64,000 nucleotides of DNA, from positions 248,001 to 312,000 of the forward strand of contig RSEE01000056.1 of assembly GCA_003971905.1 (NCBI GenBank), given 5' to 3'. The notes beneath the pieces are model-generated. The model searched no databases. It was not told the DNA's origin and saw nothing but the letters and a program-made list of their open reading frames with translations. The position numbers and the translations under genes were made by a program. Numbering within the stretch: the first letter of the stretch is position 1; every line of letters begins with the position of its first letter. Source of the stretch: Moniliella sp. 'wahieum' (Eukaryota). This document shows positions 39,475 through 52,524 of this stretch, piece by piece.

Positions 39475-40543
39475 AGATATGATTTTGGACTGATTGACGG
39501 GTGGCCTAAACTGTCTCTGATGCAGAGCTGTAGAACGGAGGCAAAGGGTCGAAGACCGCCATCGTAATGCGAGCAGTCTAGCTCTTGCCCTCTCCCGCAT
39601 TGTGACTCCTACCGTCAGATGATCGCTCGACACGCTTTCTTCAGGGAACTCTCATCATGGCTCTCCAGCGTGGGCATGCCGGCTGCAGCAGCACGGATGA
39701 TTGTGGTCCTCGTTGACAATTTGTCTCTGGGCAGTTAACACATGCTGCACAGCACGTGACTTCCTGACTTTAGTCAGCGACCAGTAAACCAAACATTCTC
39801 TGGGGGGCCCTTTCGATCATGGAGCGGGATGTCCGATGCCCGGGGTGACCAGGATGGCCATCAGGGTGCGCAATTGGCCTGCAAGGGAGGATACGCCGTC
39901 TGGGTAGTTAGGCGGTGCACTCTTCCGCCCGTTTCGCAGCACGAAGCGAGAGATGCACACTTGTGTGCGATGTATCTCCGAAGACCTATATATTGCGTTT
40001 GCTTGAGATGAGGAGATGGAGCGGCCTACGTCTCAGCCTGTCACATGTCAAGCTTCAAGCTTCAAGGCCGGGAGTCGGTTGGATCGGCCCTTGATGGGTT
40101 CTCATTCCCGCCGCTCCGCCGCTTCGTCGCTCCACTAGTTTCACCACTACAAACTGCTGGCGTCCCCAGGCCTGCGAGTGCCGGTGACAGAGACGCGCGC
40201 TGGCGATGGCTTGGACGGCGGCTGAGCCGCTGAGCCGCTTCGCTGGCAGGTTATGCGCTTTGAAAACTGTGATGTGCGGAATCTGTTTGTGGGGGCTTTT
40301 CCGCCCGCACAGGACGAGTGTGCAGCCAGGCTCCTTAAAGCCGCTGGGCCGCCACGAGAGTGGCCCCGTGCGGCAGCTGCATTGCTTCCGCTGCCGCAGC
40401 GCCCTCAGTTGGGCCGTGTCCCCAATCCAACCGCTGGCGATCTCTCTGCGGTCCGCTCCTGTCGTCGCCTTGCGCCCAACTACCCGACCGCCGCGCCCGC
40501 CCCCACCACCGCCACCCCCGCCGCCACCACTACCCTACCCCCA

Positions 40544-40964
40544 ATGGCCTCCGCTGGTGCTCACTCGTCGCGCTTTCAGGCGTTCCTCAACCACCCGGCG
40601 GGTCCCAGGACTGTTTTCTTCTGGGCACCCCTCTTCAAGTGGGCCCTCGTCATTGCGGGCGTCAAGGACCTTTCGCGCCCCGCCGAAAAGCTTTCCGTGA
40701 GCCAAAATGCTGCCCTCGCCGCCACGGAATGATCTGGGTCCGGTGCGTCCTCTCCCCCGCCCCACCCCCCTTCCCTGTTCCTGCGTAGCCCTGACCCCAT
40801 CCTATTAGGTACTCGCTCGTGATCACTCCGGTCAACTACTCGCTCGCGGCCGTTAACTTCTTCGTTGGTGGCACGGGTCTCGCCCAGCTGGCTCGGATTT
40901 GGATTACCGCCGCAAGCACCCCGTCCAGGCCGCGATTGAGGACAAGAAGGCTGATTCGGCGTGA
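40544..40964 (+). CDS. MPC2: Mitochondrial pyruvate carrier (MPC2-type)
   Basis: HPAGPRTVFFWAPLFKWALVIAG..RPAEKLSVSQN, ITPVNYSLAAVNFFVG; one intron. Confidence 0.93.
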
Positions 40965-41181
40965 GGGGCTTTACTAGCCTGACTGACCCCACCTTTTCTC
41001 TATCTCCCCCCCTCCCCGCTCGCACATCCCGGCGCCGGATTCGATAACCTGCACCATCACTTTCTCTGGCCCTTTTACTGCATCTCTCCTGAGCTCCACA
41101 TTGCTAACGTTTCTAGCGTCCCTCCTTCACAATAGGTAGTAGTGCAGACGCACGTCGTTCGTTCATTTCAGGAAGGCATGC

Positions 41182-43301
41182 TTAAGCCTTTTTTTGCCCC
41201 TCTTCCTCCTCTTCTTCCTCCTCTCCTGCTCTCATCGTCTCCCTCAATTGCGCCACCCCCATTCGCCCTCGACGTCCCACCGGCTGCCACCCGCCGAAGC
41301 CGAAAGGTACTTGACAAAGTGCATCACTCCTTCATCCCTCAGCACCACATTGAGGGCATTGAACTGGGGCGTCAAGTTGAGCAGCACACCATCAAAGTCG
41401 TCTTCAGGGTCATACTCTCCATTTCAACCACTCTCCTCCTCCCCTCCTCGCCCTCCTTCTGGCTTCTTCTTCCGCGTCATCCTCCTTTTCCTCCTCCTTG
41501 GATGCGTCCCCGCTCTTTTTGGGACCGCTTCCATACACCGCCGGGTCATCGTCTTCTCTCCATCGGCGCCATAAAGCATTCCCATCCACCTGCGTCGCCC
41601 GAATCCATTGACTCGCAGCTCTTGATCTCCTTGGCCGACAGTCCACCTGCCGGTCCAGCCGTCTTGGCACGTTTCGCTGCCAGGCCCTGCACCTTTTTTG
41701 TTGTCGTCGGCCCGGTCACCGAGTCGGCACATTGGGGTCAACCCCAAATTCACATGCAGCACCGCCTCGTCCTCGTCCTTCTTAGCCAGGGTGTAGTCCA
41801 GCCGGGACGGAAGCGCCGAGCCCAAAGCGGGTAGCGAGCGGCGAGAGGAATGAGCTGGGTCACGTTGGCCAGGAACGCGCGGAACGCCGGAGAGGGGAAG
41901 AGGACAGATCGCAGCAAAGACAGAATGGCCTCGGCCGTAGCAGGCACAGACGCAGGCAACGCCGGATTCTGCCCCGTCAGCGTCGAGGGAACATCACCTT
42001 TCCAGTCCACGAGAGAGGAAGCGGTGGTGGTGCGGCGGGCCCTCAAGCTCCCACATGTCCTCAGTCCCAGCCGCAGCTCCGACGCCAGTCAAGTGCGGCT
42101 GGATGACGCAGGCCTCCCGCAGCTCCTCACCAGACTTGCCTCACCAGTAGGCTCGAACCAGCGGAACCGATCGCGGCGGTCGAGGCCGATGAGGCCGGGC
42201 CGAAGCACGTCGACCAAGTCCTTCTTGAGGAAGTCGGCGAGAAGAATGTTGCTTTCATCGCCGAACTGGGCAAAGAGCTTGGCCTGCACCGAGGGGTTTA
42301 AGTAGGCCGGGTTGAGGAAGAAAGAGAGGAAAGTGCGATCCTCCGCTGACAGGATTACCCGGCACCACGCTGCACGTCATATCCAACGTTTCTTCCCCTG
42401 CATCTTCCTGGGCTGCGGCAGGTGCGGCGTCGGGGTAAGGAACGAAAGGGCGGGTGCGTTTTTGGCTCACCAAGCTTTCGGCGGAAGAGTAGTCCTTGCG
42501 CGCCTTCTCCTCCTGGTCCTCCACCTCTTGGGAAAAGCCTTCTTCATCCGGAAGAGGGCGGTGGAACCAGCCCTGGATGCTGATCCGCGATGCCTTGGGG
42601 TGCACACCTCTTCCACCGAGTGGAAGGAGTAGCCCGGAATGACAGGGAAAAGGCGAACTGGTTCCAGTAGGGTACGTGAACCGTAGTGGGACCGGCTCGG
42701 GCTCATGAGCTTTGCTCACGGGTAGAGCTCGAGGGAACCTCCGTACTCGCGCTTCCAATCGCGATCGGGCATGTAAAGGATGAAAGAGACGCGGCGCGTG
42801 GAAATCACATCACTACCACAGCAAGAAAGGTTAGCTTGCCCCCTTGCCAAGGGAAGGGGTACGTACTCATGGTTGAGGAGGTGGCAGCCATCGCGGTAGT
42901 CATTGATGCTCATGTCCTTCTTCTTCAAGGAGAGCGGGCCACACCCGGTGATGCGCTGAACGACCGCGCGGAATTCCTCGGAGAAGATGGCATTGCGAAC
43001 CTTCATCAGGTTCTTAAGTCGATCCTTCTCGCTATCCGGGAGCCCATCAAGGTTGGCCAAATCGCCAGTTTGGTTGACCTTGTAAATGTCAGTCTCCTTG
43101 TCGGCAAAACGCAGCTCCTCCACAATCTCGTCCCGTGCCGCATGCAACAGCGCATCGTCGAGCAGTGGCCGCACGCGCCGTGGTGGTAGGGCTGGCTCTG
43201 GGCACAGGCCGCGGCGTAGTCCTGCACCAACTGGCTTTCGGCGTCGGCCAGGTCGGGCGACGAGAAGCAGCTGCAATCTCGGGACGGATGGAAACGGTCA
43301 T
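41182..43301 (-). CDS. TPA1: uS12 prolyl 3,4-dihydroxylase Tpa1/Ofd1
   Basis: [27 protein letters not shown](DD)[53 protein letters not shown]. Confidence 0.93.
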
Positions 43302-43892
43302 GGCGGTGGTGGGGGGAGGGGAAGTCGGGGGAGGAGCCAGCAAGCACGAGAAGAATAATTTGCCTTGTCGCGTTTTCTGGTCTGATTTCTGAGGCGAGGG
43401 GTTAAATGAACTGACTGAGAGCTGAAAAAAAAATGATGAAACTGCAAACGAACTATATAAAGCCAATCGGAGCAGCTTCACTAGCTCTTCACTAGTCGTC
43501 ACTAGTCATCTACTACCCACTGCAGCCTGCCCTTGTGCTCGATTTTGCCACTGTCACTTGGCCTGCAATCCTTCGATTATAGCAGTACTCTCTTCGTTCG
43601 CCCAAAGAGCCAGGGACCAGGCGGGGGACATGGCACCATTGGCTACCGTTTCCATCTCGATCGTGTCATCAGATCTCAGAACCGAGAGAGAGCAAGATGC
43701 CGACATGGGAACTATAGGACGAGGAGCTTCCCCGAAGGCGGCTTCGAAGGGAGGATGGGCGCTATGGGGGGCAAGTTAACATAGGAGGATATATGGGGTC
43801 CCGCCAGAGGAGGGAAGCAAGTTAGTGCACTGATGAACCCGTCTGGTTTTTTGTATCGCTCACCAGCAGAGTGAGGATGAACTCGGAAACCG

Positions 43893-44074
43893 TGTCATAG
43901 TTGACTGATCTCACTCCCATTTTGCCAATTTCTTCGTTCCGAGCGTCTCGCTTTTCCCTGTTCTTCCGCTTCGCACCATGTCCTCTGTTCTTGCTTCCTC
44001 CCCACGAACGAGTTGCTACATCCCTTGGACTTAGTCTCGACTCTGGTTTCGCTCGCCTTAGCCCTACTGTGACA
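43893..44074 (+). mobile_element. Solo LTR-like element, family B
   Basis: TGTCATAG...ACTGTGACA; clear similarity to the reverse complement of 48849-49028; no TSD seen. Confidence 0.75.
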
Positions 44075-45210
44075 GATGCCGAAGAAGAGCTCAGATCGTA
44101 GAGAGCATCAAATGGAAACGGAGGTCGAAGGAGATGCGAAGGCGGTGTGGCGAATCAAAGTCCTCATCCAGTTGGGGGGAACGACGCCCGAAAGCATCGC
44201 ATGCTTATCATATTATGATGCTCCTTCAAGCTTCAAGCTTCGAGCTTCAACACTCCAGCCTCGGACGGAGGCAATGCGATGCCTGGGACGCATGGATGTT
44301 GCATGACGTACAAAAATGGTCGCAAGTCAACGTTCAGTGCTCACCATGCTCGATAATGACGATGCATCGAGCAGATGGATAGTCCTGGCTCTGATGGGCA
44401 GAGGCAAAAGGCGGAGGAAAAGCCGATACAGAGGCGGCAGCGGGAGAAAAAGGTCAGTGAATTGACTTGGCACAACCCGCTCATAGCCTGAGGCCTGGGC
44501 CAGATGCCATCGAGGGCGGTGGAGTCGCATTAACACTAGTGGTGGTGGTTGATGGTGGTGGTTGTGTAGACTTGGGCCAACGAACGACGCCTGCAGAGAA
44601 CTCATCAACAGGCCACACAACCGCGCTCGGACTTGAAGGACAACATAGCAAGCGAGAAAAACCCTGCTTTCTTCGTGGCATCCCTCCGGCCCGGCTTGTC
44701 GTTCCTTCCGGATTGCGCGCGGCGGTTGGGAAGGCCAGTTCCCCATGTCGGTGACTCTGCGAAAAGGAATCATTAATCATCGATCATCGACATCACATCC
44801 GCCATCATATTCCGCCATCCCCGCGTCTGCGCGCGCCTCCCCCGCCATAGTTCCGCGCAGGGCACAAGGCTGGGGACTCACGATAGCCTGGGGTTAACTG
44901 ACAGCCGGTAAGCCGGTACCTGGGCCGTGGAATGTGCCGTGCGGTAGAGCCCCCATCCTGACGAACAGACTGAATATGAATGGGGCCGCTTCCGCATCCG
45001 CTCGGACCCTCAACCGGCGATGCACCACGCCAAACTCAGCCGAGCCAGGCCGAGGCTCCGACGAGCCGGTGATTAGGTCGTGCGCTTTAGGCCTTAGCAT
45101 TCGCGCGCGTGATTGAGCTGTGAATGTGAGCCAGGCTGAAACCTCGTCTTACGCCATTCAGCTTCCTCCCATCCCTCACCACCCCCACCATCGCTCCGCC
45201 AAAGTCACCC

Positions 45211-46353
45211 ATGCCCCGCGCGCCCCCCAGCGTCCCACGCCCCGTCGAACACATCGCCGACGCACTGGCCGTCGACCCCATCGGCGTTGGCACCGACGAC
45301 ATCTTCCGCTCCCGCACGCTCTGGCTGCCCTCCCAGGCGCGCGGTGTGTTTGGCGGGCAAGTGCTTTCCCAAGCTCTGGCCTCGGCTGGGCGCACGGTGC
45401 CCGAAGGTCTTTCGCTGCACTCGGTCCACTCTACTTCCTTGCTGCTGGCAATCCGCTCGAATCGATCGAGTACCGCGTTCGGCGCCTCAGGGATGGTGGG
45501 CGGTACGCCGCGCGCGTTACTATCGCCCTACAAAAGGGCAACATCATCTTCCTCGCCAGCTCTTCCTACCACCGCGGCGAACCGGAACAGCCTTCGTTCC
45601 AGCTGGACCTTCTAGCTCCTGGGCTGCTCCTCCCGGCTCTCACACCACCCACTCGGACGCCACCTGGGCCGCCACCCTTGGCACTCCTTCCTCCCCTTCC
45701 GCTGGCGCCGACCCTTACACCACCGACAGTGCTGACTGGATGGCATCGCTGCTCCCCCCGAGGAGGCGCCAACGGCAGTCGCGCGGTTTGATCATCTGTT
45801 GACGCAGAAGAACGTGCCCGAAGCGATTGTGGAGGCAGTGAAAGGGTTCTTTGCCGACCGAGATGCGTCACCGATTGAGATTCGAGATGCTGACCCAACA
45901 TGTGGGACGAGAATGGGTTGGCGTTGCCAGGGACACGGCAAGCATTCTGGATGCGGGCAAGCATACTGTGTGTGCGGGGGTGAGAAGTTGGTGGATGGGG
46001 ACAAGCTCGCCGTAAGCTATGCCAGCGACTTCAACTTTCTCAGTACCAACGCCAAAGCGTTGGGAATTCTGCTGCCAAGCATGATCGCGACCATCGACCA
46101 TAGCATCTGGTTCTACCGCAGCGACTTTGATGCTCACGATTGGTTCCTCTACCTGATGCAATCTCAAGCGGCCAGCAACGGTCGTGGCGTCGTCTTGGGT
46201 CGGTTGTACCGGCGCGATGGTGCATTGATCGCTGTCACTGTGCGTTCCTTCCCCCCTACTGTGTTGCCAAGCTAACTCATGACTTGCTCCTTAGGCCCAG
46301 GAAGGCGTCACCCGAACCTGGGGGAAGAAAGGGGCAAGGAATCTAAGCTCTGA
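45211..46353 (+). CDS. TES1: Peroxisomal acyl-CoA thioesterase II (TesB-like)
   Basis: ARGVFGGQVLSQAL, LHSVH, YASDFNFL, MIATIDHSIWFY, GRGVVLGRLY; C-terminal SKL (PTS1). Confidence 0.92.
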
Positions 46354-46488
46354 TTCAGACGTCACGCCAAGTATCACCCTGCTTTGCTTTGCTACTCCCC
46401 ACTGTCCGCTCTAGCGGAGGGAAGGGGGGTTGGACATGGCCTTGTGTGTGCACCGTGTTTCCCACGTACTATCGCTTACTACATATTA

Positions 46489-48098
46489 CTACGCGCCATA
46501 ATTATTATACACGCCAAGCGCGATCCTTCGCGGTGGCCAGCAAACGACTGTAAACCCGGATAGGAGAACAACAAGAGATACACCGCCAGCCATCATGGGG
46601 CTTTGGAAGCCGGTCGTTTCTGCATCATCGCCACGCGATTTTTCGCGGCTTGGTCCGACTCGGGGCAAGGTCGGAGGCGATGGATCGAACTTGGAAGGGG
46701 ACATGGGTTGGGCCGAACCAAGAAAGACATTCAAGTCGGTAGCGTTCAACGGCTGGGGAGACTTGGATGGACGCGATTGTGCGCGGAAGATCGGGGGGAG
46801 GGGGGATAGGTCGCGCCTCGCGCTCCGCTAGGAGAGTGTGGAGCGCCACCTCGTCAGACCCAGGCTGGGAGGAGAGGGGTGGGTCCACTCTTGCCTCGAC
46901 CGAGGTTTACGCCTGCGTGGGGTGCCGCGTGAGCTGCGGCCCCCGTGTTTGCCGATTCGTCGGGCTTGCGCATCTTGGTATTCAACTTGGGCAGAGCATA
47001 GTTTACACTTGAGCGCTGACGCAGAGACCGGCTCCTTCGCCCCCCCGCCTCCGCCAGTGGGGAGGTTGGTTCCCTCTCTTCCTGTGGAGGGATTGACTCA
47101 TTCTCCTGTGGCCCAAAGGGCGGCGGATCTGACGGTGTGACGCGGGACTTGCGCCGCGGTTTGGGTACGGGCGTGCCTGGCCCAGCTGTTGCCGGTGCGG
47201 GCTCAAGCCTCGGTCAGGCGACTGGTGCCGCTTCATTGTCCTTCGTGATGAGTCGGCCAGATTGTCAATTGAAGGGGGGTCTTGCGTTTCATGGCACGAG
47301 AGCCTGAGATAAACGTCAGTATGCGCTTGTAGAAAGATGTTTAACACGTACCGGAGGCCGAGGCAACACGTTCTGGGCAGGTGGAGGCACCGGCTGGGGA
47401 GGTGAAGCATTGGCTGGATAGGTGGAGACAGCAGCTGGGCGGGGGAATAAGTGGCTGTGCATCATCGGCGAGTGGTTGTGCATCTTCGGCAGCCTCCTGT
47501 AGATAGGAGAGAGACGAGAGCTCCACTGGAATTCGAGCGAAGGATCCATATCGATCTCGGTTTCGGCATTTGAGGTTCTCGGCTCTTCCTCCGCGTTAAT
47601 GGAGCATCGTTCCGCATTTCATGGGGGGAAGAGGCGACAGGCTCCTCGGGCGACTCGACCAAGGTACCTAGTTCCGGAGGGAAATGATATTCTGCCGCAC
47701 GCCACCTGGAAGCGTACGGCCAACAAGAGAAATGCGCGGACAGTGTTCGCCTCTTCAGGCTCAGAGTCGGGGAGAGGAGCGGTGGCGAGGGCATCGTTGA
47801 TCGCCGCGCTGGCCCGCGCGACGGCCGCAAGAGCGCGGCGAGCCTGTTGCAGCTGGGCAAGGAGGCGTGTGTTCTGGATTTGAAGCTCAATCAGCTGGGC
47901 ATCGCGCTCCAGCACCTGCTTCTGAAGTTCCTCGCCCTGAACGATGTGGAAGGCATTGCTGGCGATCAGCTCGCGGTTTTGGGCAGTGTGCTTGCGCTTG
48001 AAGGCACTCAGGTCCGCCAACACGTTCTCCAGCGCAGCGGCTGCCATGGCCGCGTCGGATGCGCCGGGGCCCATGCTGCGGCGTGTGACGCGCATCAT
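46489..48098 (-). CDS. SGO1: Shugoshin
   Basis: N-terminal coiled coil FKRKHTAQNRELIASN; SGO motif RSLRQRSSVNYALPKLNTKMRKPD (about 46960-47035); 3' end uncertain. Confidence 0.85.
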
Positions 48099-48666
48099 AG
48101 CAACAGGACCGGCTGGGCACGGCAGCGAGGCGGGAGATGGCGGAGTGGGTTGGTCTGCGCAGCCGCATCGGGCCGTGGCGACGCGAATGTTGCTCTGCCT
48201 CGCTTCGGCCGCGCCGGGCACGTGACCTGCCACGCGCGTGTTGTGGAAACTTTCTGCCAGGCCCACGTGACAGGCACGTGATGCTACCCCTTGTTCAACG
48301 TTCACGCGGTTCACGCGCCGTCAGATCTTCTCGGACTTGCCTCCCCAGCCCCCCAGCCTCCCCTCGATCTGATCGGTGGACAGATCGACACCCACACCAA
48401 ACGCTCATCAACTGATCGCAGCAGTGTTTGCAAAGTGCCGTGGTCTGTTGGACAGCTCTCATCCAGTGTGCTGGGTTCCATTGTTCTTTGGATGTGTTAT
48501 TTCGTCCGGACTGGTGTTGCATTGTATAGTAGCGTGTGCGAATATGGCGATGTCTCACTGAAGATGGGCTCTGTGGGCTTCTACTGGTGGCCAACACTTC
48601 CTTCAAATCAGTTGTCTAGAGGAACACGTGTCGTCCCTCCTGCTAGAATGATGATAAAGGGACTAA

Positions 48667-48828
48667 TGTGACGCACTATGGGGTTCGCGCCTGTAGCCCA
48701 AGCGTGGAACCTTCCGGTTCATTCCCTCCAATATTCCTTCCTGGAGGGCAGGAATATTCTCTAGTCTCTGTAGCTCATCAGTGTGCAATACAATACACCA
48801 TCACCTGCCTGCCCTCTGGTCTTCTACA
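48667..48828 (+). mobile_element. Solo LTR-like element, family A (162 bp)
   Basis: TGTGAC...TCTACA flanked by a perfect 5-bp TSD ACTAA. Confidence 0.85.
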
Positions 48829-48848
48829 ACTAATTTACGGCTGTCACA

Positions 48849-49028
48849 TGTCACAGTCGAGGCTAAGGCGAGCGAAGCTAGAGCCGAGACTAGGCTAAGG
48901 GATGTATTGGCAATCGTTAGCGGGAAAGAAGTAGACATGTGGTGCGAAGTGGAAGAACAGGAAAAGAGCGAGACGCTCGGGACGAAGACATTGGAAATGG
49001 GAGTGAAATCAACCAAACTATTAGGACA
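48849..49028 (-). mobile_element. Solo LTR-like element, family B
   Basis: Reverse complement reads TGTCCTAATAG...CCTCGACTGTGACA; no TSD seen. Confidence 0.75.
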
Positions 49029-51120
49029 GGATTGTCATTTCCATCTATCTTCTTTGTCGCCCCGTGTTGGCTCCAAAAGTCCAACGCTACATTCCTTTTG
49101 TCAAAACGAGAACAGAAGGGCATGCGTCTTTTTTCGGAGTGGACACTTGTTCCATCAACGTTCAACCCCGCACTCCATTTCTCTTGCCTAGCTTGCGGGC
49201 GCAGTTGCGCGGCAATATGGTGCTTTCTCCAAAAGCTTTTCAAACTTCCCTTTCCTCCACAGGACCAGCTTTCTCAGCTCACAGCAGAACGCAGCTCCGC
49301 CAATGCTCACGCGCATTGACACTGTTCACTCCAACCTTCAACACCAAGCGCGACTTGAATGCAGAAGTTCAACGACGTTCATTTGCCTGTGTTGCGTCAG
49401 GAAAAAAGGTCATGGGTTACATGGCTTGTGGAGGTCAATCCTTCTGACGCCCCCATCCAGGCTGAATAGCGCAGGCTCAAGCACATACACTTTGGCTAAC
49501 ATGTAACACGGAAGACCGTGGGCTGGATTCTCTGTTTAGTCATCTTCTCCACTTTCTTGCGACGCCTGGTGGGTAGCCCATTGCCCATCTCCCATGATGC
49601 ATGATGCATGATGCATGACATATCCATGACTTGCGTGCATCATGACGTTTTGCATGATGCAAACCCTGCCCAAGGTGTACACGGTAGATGTGTGTTCAAC
49701 TTTGAAACGGTCAACGTGCAACGTCCAATTTCCAACTTGAAGCTTGAACGTTCATGAGCACATGGCTCAGGGTGAGGGTGAGGCTGAGGCTGCGGTAAAC
49801 CAGTAACCCGGTAACCATCGGTTTCAGTGACGTCACACGTCCGTATTCAATGGAGCAGATCGGATTCGGAAGTTTCCCCGGCTGCGCGCGGAGAGGGGGG
49901 GACACAGCCCTAGTGTTCGTCGTGTTGCGACCGAGAGCAACGCGCTCTGTGGGGGGATGATTAAGTGATTGATCCTTTGGCATGCCAGATTCGGCGACAG
50001 CATCGACATGTCCTGTACGCCCCCGGCAGAACGGTGGCGGGCATGTCGTGGATGCTCGAAGGTCGACTGCTGCAACAGTGATGATGGCTTCGATGGGCAA
50101 TGGTTACTCGGGGGCTGGCAGGTGGCTAGCACACTTCAACGCTTCATGACTAAGAATGGGTGGTCGATGGTCGATGAGCGGAATGACCACGGGGCACTAC
50201 GAAATGTGCAAGCCACACGAGGCATACGTCTCCACACCGAATACACAGGGCTGACGCTGCTGACGCGCTGGAGCTGCCAGCGCCAGCCAGGCCCCAGGGC
50301 AGCAGGCCTGGCCGCACAGCACGCTGAGCCAGGGTGGGGTTAAACGTTAATCGAGTTCAGCGTTCGTTCACCCAACTTGAACGTTCAGATCCCAGACACT
50401 GGTGCCCAGCAGCTAGCCGCTCGGGGCGACGCGCAACCAGCCGCCAGTAACTAGTAACTACTAACTCAGTTTTACTAAACCCGTGGACGTCGTTACTAAA
50501 CGCGGCTGCTCCTCGGCGGCATGCGGCGAGCGTAGCGTTAACTCCTGTTCATGCTAGAACTCCCCCCCACAGACCCCCCGATCAGCGATCCCCGCACACT
50601 GGTCGGGTGCCTGCGTGCGGATGACGTAGCGCATCCGCCGCCCCAACAGTGTGCCCGCTGTCACGCATCGGTCACCGGTGCCCCTTGCTGGGTGCACCGG
50701 AGAACACGCAGGCGCGGCGCTGCTGGTTCTCCGCGCAGGCTCGCTGCCCCCGCGGCGCGGCGGCTGCAAGCGGGAGGCAGGCTCGGCTGGGCACGGTCTG
50801 TGCTCGGCCGGGGAACAGCTGCGGTGCCTGGGCGCCCACACTGCCCCCGCGCCGCACCCCCGCGTGCACGGGCAGCACAGGCGCGCAGGCATAAGAAGGG
50901 TTGACATGCGTGCGCTCAAAGCCGCCGGCACGGCGGGTGTCGCCGTGGTTGCGCAGCGCCCTGCCCGCTGGCTGCTCCAGTGCCCCCACCCGCCACGCGG
51001 TGCTGCTGACGCTGACGCAAGACAGTGCAGAAACCTTCCTGGGTGCATGTCCGCTCTATAAAGCTCTCCGCTGCTTCCGTCGCCCTCCCGCCCCCCTACC
51101 CCCACCCCCTCTTCACCGCC

Positions 51121-52524
51121 ATGTCTCTCCAGCGCACCGCCTCTCTCCTCCGTGTTGCCCGCCAGAGCTCCGCCCCCGCGTTCGCCACCGGCGTCCGCTT
51201 CGCCTCCACCAAGACCATCCAGGAGGCCGTGGCCGAGGTGGTGCCCGAGAAGCAGGAGGCGCTCAAGCAGCTCAAGGCCAACTACGCCGACGCGGCCCTG
51301 GGCGAGAGCAAGGTCAGCCACCTCCTCGGTGGCATGCGTGGCCTCAAGGCCATGCTCTGGGAGGGCTCTGTCCTCGACGCCGAGGAGGGCATCCGCTTCC
51401 ACGGCCGCTCCATCCCCGACTGCGAGAAGGTCCTGCCCAATGCCAAGTCCATTGGTGCCGACGGCAAGGAGATGCTCCCCGAGGCCATGTTCTGGCTCAT
51501 TCTCACGGGCAAGGTTCCCACCCCGGAGGAGGCCAAGCAGTTCTCTGAGCAGCTCGCTGCCCAGGGCAAGCTCCCCGCCTACGCCGAGAAGCTCATCGAC
51601 TCTTTCCCCAAGTCGATGCACCCCATGACTCAATTCGCCGCTGCCGTTGCTTCGCTCAACCACGACTCGGCCTTCGCCCAGGGCTACAAGCAGGCATGAA
51701 GAAGACCGACTACTGGCAGCCCACCCTCGACGACGCCATTAACTTGGTTGCCAAGATCCCCACTGTCGCCGCCCGCATCTTCTACAACTGCTACGGCAAG
51801 GGCGACGCCAACCAGTCCATCGACCCTGCCAAGGACTGGTCGTTCAACTTTGCCAACATGATCGGCTACGGTGCCGACAAGGAGTTTGTCGACTACCTCC
51901 GTCTCTACCTCTCCATCCACGCCGACCACGAGGGTGGTAACGTGTCGGCCCACACGACCCACTTGGTCGGTTCGGCCTTGTCGGACCCCTACCTTGCCTA
52001 CTCGCTGGTCTGTTGGGTCTTGCTGGCCCGCTGCACGGTCTGGCCAACCAGGAGGTTCTTGGGTGGAACTTGGCCATGCAAAGGCAGGGTGACGCGCCCA
52101 CCAAGGAGCAGATCACCGACTACCTCTGGGCCACCCTCAAGGGCGGCCGTGTCGTGCCTGGGTACGGCCACGCTGTGCTCCGCAAGCCCGACCCTCGCTT
52201 CACTGCCCTGATCCGCTTTGCTTCCGAGTCCCCGCGTCTGTCCAAGGAGCCTATCGTCCAGCTCGTCCAGAAGGTCTTTGAGACGGCCCTGCCATCCTCA
52301 AGGAGCACGGCAAGACCAAGAACCCCTACCCCAATGTTGACGCTGGCTCGGGCGCTGCGCTCTACACGTTTGGCCTGACTCAGTTTGAGTACACCGTGCT
52401 CTTTGGTGTGTCGCGTGCTCTCGGTGCGCTGCCCCAGCTGGTGTGGGACCGTGTTCTGGGCCTGCCCATTGAGCGCCCCAAGTCGATGAGCATTGCCGCG
52501 CTCAACGAGCTGCTGAAGAAGTAA
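51121..52524 (+). CDS. Mitochondrial citrate synthase family (2-methylcitrate synthase-like)
   Basis: [60 protein letters not shown]; strongly biased codons; intronless. Confidence 0.95.

Noticed and set aside
50554..51663. 369-aa minus-strand ORF
   Set aside because: Antisense shadow of the codon-biased citrate synthase gene
51121..52524. Programmed ribosomal frameshifting or pseudogene status for frameshifted genes
   Set aside because: Indels are spread over most genes and a tRNA, consistent with sequencing error
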